Positions 1 to 12,430 of a stretch of DNA of 64,000 nt are shown one piece after another (positions within the stretch are counted from its first letter, which is position 1; each line of letters opens with the position of its first letter). The stretch is from Nemertoderma westbladi (Eukaryota; Animalia; Xenacoelomorpha): contig JAUCBJ010000633.1 in NCBI GenBank assembly GCA_032718475.1, forward strand, positions 59,983 to 123,982, read 5' to 3'. The notes under the pieces were generated by a model. The model was not told the DNA's origin and made no database searches. It saw only the letters and a program-made list of their open reading frames with translations. The position numbers and the translations under genes are program-made.

Positions 1-3000
1 CGTGTAAGTATGTAAGAACAACAAGTGAGTTTGTAAGATTACGGTAAAATAGCGTGTAAGTATGTAAGAATAACAAGTGAGTTTGTAAGATTACGGTAAA
101 ATAGCGTGTAAGTATGTAAGAACAACATGTGAGTTTGTAAGATTGCGGTAAAATAGCGTGTATGTGTGTAAGAACAACAAGTGAGTTTGTAAGATTGCGG
201 TAAAATAGCGTGTAAGTATGTAAGAACAACAAGTGAGTTTGTAAGATTATGGTAAACGAAGATGTAAGTATGTAAGAATAAGAAGTGAGTTTGTAAGATT
301 ATGGTAAAATAGCGTGTAAGTATGTAAGAATAACAAATGAGTTTGTAAGATTACGGTAAAATAGCGTGTAAGTATGTAAGAATAACAAGTGAGTATGTAA
401 GATTACTGTAAAATAGCGTGTAAGTATTTAAGAACAACAAGTGAGTTTGTAAGATTGCGGTAAAATAGCGTGTAATTATGTAAGAATAACAAGTGAGTTT
501 GTAAGATTACGGTAAAATAGCGTGTAAGTATGTAAGAATAACAAGTGAGTTTGTAAGATTACGGTAAAATAGCGTGTAAGTATGTAAGAACAACAAGTGA
601 GTTTGTAAGATTGCGGTAAAATAGCGTGTAAGTATGTAAGAATAACAAGTGAGTTTGTAAGATTACGGTAAAATAGCGTGTAAGTATGTAAGAATAACAA
701 GTGAGTTTGTAAGATTACGGTAAAATAGCGTGTAAGTATGTAAGAACAACAAGTGAGTTTGTAAGATTGCGATAAAATAGCGTGTAAGTATGTAAGAACA
801 ACAAGTGAGTTTGTAAGATTGCGGTAAAATAGCGTGTAAGTATGTAAGAACAACAAGTGAGTTTGTAAGATTGCGGTAAAATAGCGTGTAAGTATGTAAG
901 AATAACAAGTGAGTTTGTACGATTACGGTAAAATAGCGTGTAAGTATGTAAGAATAACAAGTGAGTTTGTAAGATTACGGTAAAATAGCGTGTAAGTATG
1001 TAAGAACAACAAGTGAGTTTGTAAGATTGCGATAAAATAGCGTGTAAGTATGTAAGAATAACAAGTGAGTTTGTAAGATTACGGTAAAATAGCGTGTAAG
1101 TATGTAAGAATAACAAGTGAGTTTGTAAGATTACGGTAAAATAGCGTGTAAGTATGTAAGAACAACAAGTGAGTTTGTAAGATTGCGATAAAATAGCGTG
1201 TAAGTATCTAAGAACAACAAGTGAGTTTGTAAGATTGCGGTAAAATAGCGTGTAAGTATGTAAGAACAACAAGTGAGTTTGTAAGATTGCGGTAAAATAG
1301 CGTGTAAGTATGTAAGAATAACAAGTGAGTTTGTAAGATTACGGTAAAATAGCGTGTAAGTATGTAAGAATAACAAGTGAGTTTGTAAGATTACGGTAAA
1401 ATAGCGTGTAAGTCTGTAAGAACAACAAGTGAGTTTGTAAGATTGCGATAAAATAGCGTGTAAGTATGTAAGAACAACAAGTGAGTTTGTAAGATTGCGG
1501 TAAAATAGCGTGTAAGTATGTAAGAACAACAAGTGAGTTTGTAAGATTATGGTAAACGAAGATGTAAGTATGTAAGAATAAGAAGTGGGTTTGTAAGATT
1601 ACGGTAAAATAGCGTGTAAGTATGTAAGAATAACAAGTGAGTTTGTAAGATTACGGTAAAATAGCGTGTAAGTATGTAAGAATAACAAGTGAGTTTTTAA
1701 TATTACGGTAAAATAGCGTGTAAGTATGTAAGAACAACAAGTGAGTTTGTAAGATTGCGGTAAAATAGCGTGTAAGTATGTAAGAACAACAAGTGAGTTT
1801 GTAAGATTAAGGTAAAATAGCGTGTAAGCATGTAAGAACAACAAGTGAGTTTGTACGATTGCGGTAAAATAGCGTGTAAGTATGTAAGAACAACAAGTGA
1901 GTTTGTAAGATTACGGTAAAATAGCGTGTAAGTATGTAAGAATAACAAGTGAGTTTGTAAGATTACGGTAAAATAGCGTGTAAGTATGTAAGAACAACAA
2001 GTGAGTTTGTAAGATTGCGATAAAATAGCGTGTAAGTATGTAAGAACAACAAGTGAGTTTGTAAGATTGCGGTAAAATAGCGTGTAAGTATGTAAGAACA
2101 ACAAGTGAGTTTGTAAGATTGCGGTAAAATAGCGTGTAAGTATGTAAGAATAACAAGTGAGTTTGTAAGATTACGGTAAAATAGCGTGTAAGTATGTAAG
2201 AATAACAAGTGAGTTTGTTAGATTGCGTTAAAATAGCGTGTAAGTATGTAAGAACAACAAGTGAGTTTGTAAGATTGCGATAAAATAGCGTGTAAGTATG
2301 TAAGAACAACAAGTGAGTTTGTAAGATTGCGGTAAAATAGCGTGTAAGTATGTAAGAACAACAAGAGAGTTTGTAAGATTATGGTAAACGAAGATGTAAG
2401 TATGTAAGAATAAGAAGTGAGTTTGTAAGATTACGGTAAAATAGCGTGTAAGTATGTAAGAATAACAAGTGAGTTTTTAAGATTACGGTAAAATAGCGTG
2501 TAAGTATGTAAGAATAACAAGTGAGTTTTTAAGATTACGGTAAAATAGCGTGTAAGTATGTAAGAACAACAAGTGAGTTTGTAAGATTGCGGTAAAATAG
2601 CGTGTAAGTATGTAAGAACAACAAGTGAGTTTGTAAGATTGCGGTAAAATAGCGTGTAAGTATGTAAGAACAACAAGTGAGTTTGTAAGATTGCGGTAAA
2701 ATAGCGTGTAAGTATGTAAGAACAACAAGTGAGTTTGTAAGATTATGGTAAACGAAGATGTAAGTATGTAAGAATAAGAAGTGAGTATGTAAGATTACGG
2801 TAAAATAGCGTGTAAGTATGTAAGAATAACAAGTGAGTTTTTAAGATTACGGTAAAATAGCGTGTAAGTATGTAAGAATAACAAGTGAGTTTTTAAGATT
2901 ACGGTAAAATAGCGTGTAAGTATGTAAGAACAACAAGTGAGTTTGTAAGATTGCGGTAAAATAGCGTGTAAGTATGTAAGAACAACAAGTGAGTTTGTAA

Positions 3001-3535
3001 GATTGCGGTAAAATAGCGTGTAAGTATGTAAGAACAACAAGTGAGTTTGTAAGATTGCGGTAAAATAGCGTGTAAGTATGTAAGAACAACAAGTGAGTTT
3101 GTAAGATTACGGTAAAATAGCGTGTAAGTATATAAGAACAACAAGTGAGTTTGTAAGATTATGGTAAACGAAGATCTAAGTATGTAAGAATAAGAAGTGA
3201 GTTTGTAAGATTATGGTAAAATAGCGTGTAAGTATGTAAGAACAACAAAGTGAGTTTGTAAGATTATGGAAAAAGAAGGTGTAAGTAAGTATGTAGGAAT
3301 AACAAGTGGGTTTGTAAGATTATGGACAAAGAAGGTGTAAGTAAGTAAGAATAAGAAGTGGGTTTGTATGATTATGGCAAAAATAGCGTGTAAGTATGTA
3401 AGAGCAACAAGTGAGTTCGTAAGATTATGGTAAACGAAGATGTAAGTATGTAAGAAAAATAAGTGAGTTTGTAAGATTATGGAAAAAGAACGTGTAAGTA
3501 AGTATGTAGGAATAACAAGTGGGTTTGTAAGATTA
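1..3535. repeat. 52-bp tandem satellite inside a myosin intron (runs off the window start; remnant at ~4128-4215)
   Basis: Unit cgtgtaagtatgtaagaa(c/t)aacaagtgagtttgtaagatt(a/g)cggtaaaatag repeats continuously. A variant unit (tatggtaaacgaagatgtaag) recurs near 249, 1549, 2381, 2745 and 3161. Units degenerate after ~3240. Confidence 0.97.
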
Positions 3536-4124
3536 TACTGCAAGGTGGCGTACTGCAAGGTGACACATTAGCACCATTACTATTTGTAATTATGCTGGAT
3601 TACGTAATGAGGACGGCCGCAAAGGGTGAAGATCTGGAATTCACACTTCAAGAACGCAGAAGTAGTAGATATCCGGCAACTACAGTCACAGACACCGACT
3701 TTGCGGATGACATCGCCCTGCTCTATAATACGCTACCAGATGCACAGCTTCTACTAAATAAAGTGGAGAGGGCTGCTAATGAGGTTGGATTGCATATAAA
3801 TGCTACAAAGACCGAATTCATGACCTTTAATGTTGATGGAAACTTGACAACCATTGATAATAATCAACTAAGGAAGGTCGATGACTTCCAGTACCTTGGA
3901 TCATGGATAGAGAGTAGCAAAAAGGACATAGAAGTTAGGAAAACAAAGGCTTGGGAAGCTCTATCACAAATGGATACCATCTGGAAATCAGATCTCTCCA
4001 GACACCTGAAGACTAAGTTCTTTCGAGCCACAGTGGAAAGTGTATTTTTATACGGGGGTGAGACCTGGACACTGATTAAATCACTTGAACAACGAAATGA
4101 TGGTTGCTACACAAGACTACTAAA
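3536..4124 (+). mobile_element. Internal RT fragment of RTE-clade LINE family A, truncated at both ends
   Basis: Near-identical to ~57940-58505. Encodes GVLQGDTLAP, DFADD and FQYLGS. No 3' tail; satellite resumes after it. Confidence 0.92.
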
Positions 4125-4306
4125 CATACATGTAAGAATAAGAAGTGGGTTTGTAAGATTATGGTAAAGGAAATTGTAAGTATGAAAGAATAACAAGTGA
4201 GTTTTGAGTTTGTTAGATGATTATTAAATAGCGAGTTAATGTTATGTTAATATAGCGCAGTATGTTAGGTTAGGTTAGGTAGCTGGGTAATTCATTTTCC
4301 ACTTAC

Positions 4307-4450
4307 GTATATGAGACCGCTACAATATCGAGCCTTTAGGTTATACAGCACGGAGGCTTCGTTAAGGAAGGTTAATGACGCCATGTCCGTACACTTCTCA
4401 TACTTGGGTGGATTCATTTGCTGAAGTTCAGGTTTCTTTAATGTTAATTC
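4307..4450 (-). CDS. Mhc: Myosin II heavy chain (striated-muscle type), coding exon 2
   Basis: TTTCCAG acceptor and GTAAGT donor flank 144 nt = [48 protein letters not shown], the start of the myosin motor domain (NPPKY, LNEASVL). The intron falls after GLIY, a position conserved in sarcomeric myosins. Confidence 0.95.
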
Positions 4451-4789
4451 CTGGAAACAGAAATAACCTCGTATAATAATGTATATCATACAACATCTCA
4501 ATAACATTAGTTTGAGTTAACCCGACCCGTCCCGTGTACCATTTAATACCTACAGTACTCACTGACTACGGTCTGAATTGTAAGTTCGACATTGTTTGAT
4601 TTTAGAGATGAAGTTCAGTACTACTTACTGTATCGAACCTGATATTATTCAAAAAAGATTACGGGAAAATCCAAAATTAGATCTCGCAGAGAAACTGCCC
4701 AAATGTTAAATAATGTCGCTAGGGCCTATTAGTTATTAAAATAAATTAGGGCAATTAAATGTGTATTACCTTAGATGGGATTTAGTTAA

Positions 4790-5035
4790 CGTAAAGTAAA
4801 AAAGTTTCTTCGGCCTCATGGGCCAGGTATTAAGCACAAAGTCTGACGACTTATTTCCAGGGCGGTCCCCCCCAGAACGATTACTCCCCAGAGGAAACTC
4901 CAGTACAGTAGCCGGGCTCATTTAGATATCATTTAATGATGCAAGACAGAGATGCGCCGCGGCTAGTCTCTTTAAAGCGAAACTAACCCCCCCCCCTCCC
5001 GTGCTGGGAACCAATCCACGACCCCCAGAGAGATG
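4790..5035 (-). mobile_element. Possible degenerate tRNA-derived SINE in the myosin intron
   Basis: gggaaccaatccacgacc (~5006-5023) resembles a reversed tRNA B-box arm, and an (AAAGT)-like tail lies at ~4790-4805. Weak, by pattern only. Confidence 0.25.
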
Positions 5036-5104
5036 TGAATTAAATGTAACTACACGTTGTTTATTATTAGGCCTAGTTAAGAAAACATAGACATCTCAAC
5101 TCAC

Positions 5105-5293
5105 CGCTCCTTTCTCCGTACGAACGGTGATGTCATCGCCTTTACTGCTCTTTATCTCGGCTTTGACGTAGCCTTCGGTGTCGTGAGGTATCCAACAGTT
5201 CTTCTTCGTATCGAACTTCGAGTCGGCCGTCGCTCTCGGACAGTATAAATACTGATAGGACTCACCCAACTCCAGCTTAAGTTCCTCCTCCAT
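5105..5293 (-). CDS. Mhc: Myosin II heavy chain, first coding exon (N-terminal SH3-like domain)
   Basis: GCCATGG Kozak start. 63 codons MEEELKLELGESYQYL...FDTKKNCWIPHDTEGYVKAEIKSSKGDDITVRTEKGA, then a GTGAGT donor, phase 0, in frame with exon 4307-4450. Candidate acceptors lie just upstream (TTTACAG ending at 5313, TTTTAG ending at 5306). Confidence 0.93.
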
Positions 5294-5655
5294 GGCGGGA
5301 TAAATCTAAAATCTGTAAATACATTATAAATTAATACAATTTTTGTATTCAGGTTACATTCAGGTCTTCATGTTAATAAGGAACAAGACATCCTCCCACT
5401 ACTGTATGAATATATCAGGATATTTCCAATTGGGGTGCTGTTCGGAGTGAAAGTAGTTTATGATAATAATTACGCGAATATTAATTTAACTTCGTTTATC
5501 ACAATTTCCTAATGAGAGAAATGAGCAGCTTACAAGGGTAGGCTGTGCTAACCAAAACAATAAACTAATATAGGAACATGGTTTAGAGTAAATTTGGAAA
5601 TTTCACACTGTAAATATTCATAGTATAATTTCCTACTGTATGTCGTTCGACTTAC

Positions 5656-5712
5656 CTGAGATATGGAATATGGTGTTGCACTAATCGTTCCGCTACAAAC
5701 TATATATTTAAT
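5656..5712 (-). promoter_or_regulatory. Candidate core promoter and short non-coding first exon of the myosin gene
   Basis: Consensus donor CAG|GTAAGT (exon end 5656), Inr-like TTAGT at ~5680-5684 and TATA-like TAAATATATAG at ~5700-5710, all on the minus strand. Inferred; no transcript evidence. Confidence 0.4.
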
Positions 5713-5770
5713 CTACAGTATTGCATGTGTGTTATGGGTGCAACTATAACTACTGTACCACCTTCCAGCA

Positions 5771-6020
5771 GCCTATTTATTAGGTATTATCGGCCTATTT
5801 TTAGGAATTATCGGCCTATTTTTAGGAATTATCGGCCTATTTTTAGGAATTATCGGCCTATTTTTAGGAATTATCGGCCTATTTATTAGGTATTATCGGC
5901 CTATTTTTAGGAATTATCGGTCTATTTTTAGGAATTATCAGCCTATTTATTAGGTATTATCGGCCTGTATTATCGGCCTGTATTATCGTCTCATTTATTA
6001 GGTATAATCAGCCTATTTAG
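5771..6020. promoter_or_regulatory. 21-bp minisatellite carrying six perfect MEF2 consensus sites
   Basis: Unit ggcctatttttaggaattatc. CTATTTTTAG, matching CTA(A/T)4TAG, occurs at 5795, 5816, 5837, 5858, 5901 and 5922. The repeat is certain; the regulatory role is inferred. Confidence 0.6.
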
Positions 6021-6479
6021 TACCCCTGGAAAATACCTACAAATATACTAGAATCATGCTCTTGTAGAGTTGTAGTTGCAGTACAAGTTCGTGGGGCCAT
6101 CGCGCAGCACGAGACTACATACGTACCAAATTTGATTTAATTTCATCTGTGATTGATCAGACTTATTGCGTTTCTTATCAAAAGTATGAAACTAGCGGAA
6201 CCGACTGACAGACTTTCTTATTTTTGACCAAACTTCAGATACTTTCAAAACTTTTGACGGACTGCATACGTACTGTACCAGGGTTGGTATAATTTCCGAG
6301 AAATTTAACATTTTCTCAAAACACATAATCTGATGTAGCTAACGTCAAAAGTTCAATTCCGAGCCAGCGATGGCGATAAATTTGCGTTCAAACATTTACC
6401 ATACCAGAGACACAGACGGGACGGACGGACATGCATTTTAACCCTTTACTTAAATCTTGTAATCTATCTATAATATCTA

Positions 6480-7372
6480 TATTCGACATGCTGCATTGCA
6501 GTTGTACATTGAGATCCAATGATTTAACAAAAACAATTGTGCCACCACCATGCAATTTATAATTGGATTGCAGTAAAGCAGGGTGCATTAAGAATGCTGT
6601 GCCGGCTTGTCGACAAAATGGCACCGCCACAACTCCCTATCCCCCGCCCCATAATTTTCGCGAGATTATCCGCATCTTCCAGACCAGTGTCCTTTAAGAG
6701 GCGACTTGAAAATCATGGGCTGTCCACCGTGCTTTATGGGACCCCTCCAATATTATATAGTGTCTGGTTGGATATGTGTGCATTTTACTTGACACAATGA
6801 ACCCGGTATAGCATTCTTGAGAATGTGCCATCCAAAGATTTGGTATCCTCAGCAGTTAGAGCCCAGCATGGACTCCCATAGAGGAGTACTGGAACTACTG
6901 CTGCTCTAAATAATCGGACCTTAAGTTTCCGATTAATTCTCGTTGACTTCCAAATCCTGGAAAGCCCATTCAAGGCTGCCCATGCCTTTCCCTTACGTAT
7001 TCGAAGGTCCTCACCTGACTTCCGGATCCATGATCCCAGGTAACAGAAGTCGTCCACATGCTCAAGCATACTATCCTTTGAGCTTATGCTCAGACATTTC
7101 GTCAGGACTGTAAAGCAAGTAAAGGCCAGTAAACTGTTAAAATTGTTGTCTTCTTGGAGATAACAAATAGACCAATACTAGAAGCAGTCTGTTCTAATGA
7201 GCCGTTGGGCTCACTCTAGTGATTCTGAGAGTACACCAAGGTCACCAACAAAGTCTAGATCAGTTAGGTGCTTGACTGGATTTCCTCCACCTTTGAAGCC
7301 GGTAGGGGCTGTTACCATCACCTCATCATGATTATGGTGATCTAAGGACATGCGTAAGACATAGTCAACCAA
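6480..7372 (-). mobile_element. Older, 5'-truncated, internally deleted copy of RTE family B
   Basis: Reverse complement matches ~61320-62240 (MLEHVDDFCYLGSWIRKSGEDLRIRKGKAW; 3' UTR gcaatgcagcatg) with more substitutions and indels than the other copies. Confidence 0.9.
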
Positions 7373-8549
7373 GTGTGCATCGAGATCAACGAGCAGGGGT
7401 TAACTCTCGTTTATTGTTTAGGTTCCCGCAACCCGCCTTGCAACCTGCTTCTTTACTAACCTGTTTACAGAACGGTTCAAGGTAGAAATGAAACTATTAC
7501 AGAATTACTGACGCATTCTCGTCACTGGTGTAATCATGAATCAGATACTATTTGGGAGAACCTGGAAACCTCCCCCCCCCCCCCCCCCCCCCACCCCCAT
7601 TTGACAGAACAGGTACAACTCCCTATCGAGTACCCGCTAATTCTAATACCTATGGCATTCCCAAGTAAATGAGTCAAACTAAGATACAATGCGTTCATGG
7701 AGATGGGGAGAGCCATGTAGTCTAAAGCGAATTAGTAACAATACGGTACTGGTAAATATAAATAATAATGTATTAACAATTATTTACCACCGTACAACGG
7801 ATATTAGACCTATATAAAAATTTTAGATCTATATCAATAATTATAATAAAAGAAAAAATATATGGTCCGTAGCACCGTAGTAAAATAATTCAGACTACAT
7901 AATGCAGCAGGTAAAACAACGGGTTTTGCTTAACGTTATGTATTTGTAACTGAACTGAGACCGATAGGGTTGTTAAGCCGATATTGGAAGGCGTACAAAA
8001 GAATAAGAATAACATCTATAAATAATAAATGTTTACGACTCAGGATTAAGGTATAGCTCGACTATTGAAGTTATAGTAATTTGGCAATTTTTCAACTTCA
8101 TTGACCAATGGAATGCACCTTTACTATGACTGGTGTGTTCACTGTGGGGTTATAGTTTATATCAATATAATTATAATTCCTGCTGGGATATTCTCAAAAT
8201 GACAAAAGTTTGAGACAACGGCAAGCCATGGTGCCATCTTTAAACTAGCTAATTACACCGACTAATTAGCTAAAAATAGACGGTTTCCAAAACAAATTGA
8301 GGGTGAGTCCTTCGACAGGGTATGGAAAAGCGAAAACAAATATCTCGTTACCGGTACAGAGGTGAATCAGCAAATGGTGATGGGGGAAATAAAGCTATTT
8401 GTTTTTCACGTAATACGTAATTTAATTCTTAAAATGTCTTCACAAAACGTAGCCGATCTCCCTGAAGGCCTACTACACGCCTTTGGTTTGTAGGGCTGAC
8501 TTCCCTATGTTGTTCCATACATAACTAAGGCAATTGCGTCGAGAATTGG

Positions 8550-11500
8550 GAGACATTAGTGCCCGCGAGTCATTAGTGCCCGGGAACCATGTCTGCGAGT
8601 GAGACATTACTGCCCGCGAGTCATTAGTGCCCGGGAACCATGTCTGCAAGTCAGATATTAGTGCCCGCGAGTCATTAGTATGTAGTGAGATGTGTATGCG
8701 AGTGAGACGTTAGTGCCCGTGAGTCATTAGTGCCAGAGGACCTTGTCTTCGAGTGATACATTAGTGCCCGTGAGTCATTAGTGCCCGGGAACCATGTCAG
8801 CAAGTCAGACATTAGTGCCCGGAAACCATGTCTGCGAGTAAGACGTTAGTGCCTGCAAGTCATTAGTGCTCGGAAACCATTGTCTGCGAGTAAGACGTTA
8901 GTGCCCGCGAGTCATTAGTGCTCGGAAACCATGTCTGCAAGTAAGACGTTAGTGCCCGCGAGTCATTAGTGCTCGGAAACCATGTCTGCGAGTAAGACAT
9001 TATTGCCCGCGAGTCATTAGTGCCCGGAAACCATGTCTGCAAGTAAGACGTTAGTGCCCGCGAGTCATTAGTGCTCGGAAGACCTTGTCTGCGAGTAAGA
9101 CGTTATTGCCCGCGAGTCATTAGTGCCCGGAAACCATGTCTGCGAGTAAGATGTTAGAGCCCGCGAGTCATTAGTGCCCCCGAAACCATGTCTGCGAGTA
9201 AGATGTTAGTGCACACGAGTCATTAGTGCCCGGAAACCATGTCTGCAAGTAAGACGTTAGTGCCCGCGAGTCATTAGTGCTCGGAAACCATGTCTGCGAG
9301 TAAGACGTTATTGCCCGCGAGTCATTAGTGCCCGGAAACCATGTCTGCAAGTAAGACGTTAGTGCCCGCGAGTCATTAGTGCTCGGAAACCATGTCTGCG
9401 AGTAAGACGTTATTGCCCGCGAGTCATTAGTGCCCGGAAACCATGTCTGCGAGTAAGATGTTAGAGCCCGCGAGTCATTAGTGCCCGGAAACCATGTCTG
9501 CGAGTAAGATGTTAGTGCCCACGAGTCATTAGTGCCCGGAAACCATGTGCGCAAGTAAGACGTTAGTGCCCACGAGTCATTAGTGCCCGGAAAACATGTC
9601 TGCGAGTAAGACGTTAGTGCCCCGCGAGTCATTAGTGCCCGGAAACCATGTCTGCGAGTAAGACGTTAGTGCCCGCGAGTTATTAGTGACCGGAAACCAT
9701 GTCTGCAAGTAAGACGTTAGTGCCCGCGAGTCATTAGTGCCCGGAAACCATGTCTGCGAGTAAGACGTTAGTGCCCGCGAGTCATTAGTGCCCGGGAACC
9801 ATGTCTGCAAGTGAGACATTAGTGCCCACAAATCATTAGTCATTAGTGCCCAGGAACCATGTCTACGAGTGAGACGTTAGTGCCCGGGAACTATGTCTGC
9901 AAGTCAGACGTTAGTGCCCACGAGTCATTAGTGCCTGAGGAACTTGTCTGTGAGTGAGAAGTTAGTACCAGCGAGTCATTAGTGCCCGGGAACCATGTCT
10001 GCAAGTGAGACGTTAGTGCCCGCGAGTCATTAGTGCCAGAGGACCTTGTCTGTAAGTGAAACGTTAGTGCGCCCACGAGTCATTAGTGCCCGGGACCTTG
10101 TCAGCAAGTGAGACGTTAGTGCCCGAGGACCTTGTCTGCGAGTGAGACATTAGTGCTCGCGAGTCATTAGCGCCCGGGAACCATGTCTGCAAGTGAGACG
10201 CTAGTGCCCGCGAGTCATTAGTGCCCGAGGACCATGTCTGCGAGTGAGACGTTAGTGCCCGCGAGTCATTAGTGCCCATGAACTATGTCTGCAAGTGAGG
10301 CGTTAGTGCCCGCGAGTCATTAGTAACCGAGGACACTATCTGCGAGTGAGACGTTAGTGCCCGCGAGTCATTAGTGCCCGGGAACCATGTCTGCACGTCA
10401 GACGTTAGTGCCCGAGGACCTTGTCTGCGAGTGAGACGTTAGCGCCCGCGAGTCATTAGTGCCCGGGAACCATGTCTGCAAGTGAGACGTTAGTGTCCGC
10501 GAGTCATTAGTGCCTGAGGAACTTGTCTGTGTGTGAGAAGTTAGTGCCAGCAAGTCATTAGTGCCCGGGAACCATGTCTGCAAGTGAGACGTTAGTGCCC
10601 GCGAGTCATTAGTGCCAGAGGACCTTGTCTGCAAGTGAGACATTTAGTGCCCACGAATCATTACTCATTAGTGCCCGGGAACCATGTCTGCGAGTGAGAC
10701 GTTAATGCCCGCGAGTCATCCGTGCCCGGAAACCATGTCTGCAAGTCAGACGTTAGTGCCCGCGAGTCATTAGTGCCTGAGGAACTTGTCTGTGAGTGAG
10801 AAGTTAGTGCCAGCGAGTCATTAGTGCCCGGGAACCATGTCTGCAAGTGAGACGTTAGTGCCCGCGAGTCATTAGTGCCAGAGGACCTTGTCTGTAAGTG
10901 AAACGTTAGTGCCCACGAATCATTAGTCATTACTGCCCGGGAACCATGTCTGCAAGTGAGACGTTAGTGCCCACGAGTCATTAGTGCCCGGGACCTTGTC
11001 TGCAAGTGAGACATTAGTGCCCGAGGACCTTGTCTGCGAGTGAGACATTAGTGCCCGCGAGTCATTAGCGCCAGGGAACCATGTCTGCGAGTGAGACGTT
11101 AGTGCCCGCAAGTCATTAGTGCCCGGAGGACCATGTCTGCGAGTGAGACGTTAGTGCCCGCGAGTCATTAGTGCCCAGGAAACCATGTCTGCAAGTGAGG
11201 CGTTAGTGCCCGCGAGTCATTAGTGACTCGAGGACACCATGTCTGCGAGTGAGACGTTAGTGCCCGCGAGTCATTAGTGCCCGGGAACCATGTCTGCACG
11301 TCAGACGTTAGTGCCCGCGAGTCATTTGTGCCCGGAGGACCTTGTCTGCGAGTAAGACGTTAGTGCCCGCGAGTCATTAGTGCCCGGAAACCATGTCTGC
11401 GAGTAAGACGTTAGTGCCCGCGAGTCATTAGTGCCCCCGGAACCATGTCTGCGAGTAAGATGTTAGTGCCAGCGAGTCATTAGTGCCCGGAAACCATGTC

Positions 11501-12430
11501 TGCAAGTAAGACGTTAGTGCCCGCGAGTCATTAGTGCTCGGAAACCATGTCTGCGAGTAAGACGTTAGTGCCCGCGAGTCATTAGTGCCCGGAAACCATG
11601 TCTGCAAGTAAGACGTTAGTGCCCGCGAGTCATTAGTGCCCGGAAACCATGTCTGCGAGTGAGACGTTATTGCCCGCGAGTCATTAGTGCCCGGAAACCA
11701 TGTCTGCGAGTGAGGTGTTAGTGCCCGCGAGTCATTAGTGCCGCGGACACCATGTCTGCGAGTGAGATGTTAGTGCCCGCGAGTCATTAGTGCCCGGGAA
11801 CCATGTGCTGCACGTCAGACGTTAGTGCCCGCGAGTCATTTGTGCCCGGAGGACCTTGTCTGCGAGTGAGACGTTAGTGCCCGCGAGTCATTAGTGCCCG
11901 GGAACCATGTCTGCAAGTGAGACGTTAGTGCCCGCGAGTTATTAGTGACCGGAGGAACCATGTCTGCGAGTGAGACGTTAGTGCCCGCGAGTCATTAGTG
12001 CCCGGAAACCATGTCTGCGAGTGAGACGTTAGTGCCCGCGAGTCATTAGTGCCCTAGGACCTTGTCTGCTAGTCAGACGTTAGTGCCCGCAAGTCATTAG
12101 TGCCCGAGGACCTTGTCTGCGAGTGAGACGTTAGTGCCCGGGAACCATGTCTGCAAGTGAGACGTTAGTGCCCACGAGTCATTAGTGCCCGAGGACCTTG
12201 TCTGCTAGTGAGACGTTAGTGCCCACGAGTCATTAGTGCCTGGGTACCATTTCTGCAAGAAAGACGTTAGTGCTCGCGAGTCATTAGTGCCCGAGGACCT
12301 TGTCTGCGAGTGAGACGTTAGTGCCCGGGAACCATGTCTGCAAGTGAGACGTTAGTGCCCACGAGTCATTAGTGCCCAAGCGACCTTGTCTGCGAGTGAG
12401 ACGTTAGAGCCCGCGTGTCATTAGTGCCCG
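8550..12430. repeat. 51-bp GC-rich tandem satellite built from 17-bp subunits
   Basis: Unit ttagtgcccgcgagtca (17) + ttagtgcccggaaaccatgtctgcgagtaagacg (34). This produces the 17-aa periodic spurious ORFs. Confidence 0.96.

Noticed and set aside
476-3558. MLFLHTYTLFYRNL repeat ORFs
   Set aside because: Translations of the 52-bp satellite in rotating frames.
4262-4282. Telomere-like (TTAGG)n
   Set aside because: Only three copies within an intron; not meaningful.
9171-11111. TNDSRALTSYSQTWFPG repeat ORFs as a mucin-like protein
   Set aside because: Frequent indels break the frame and no splice or start context is evident; satellite artefact.
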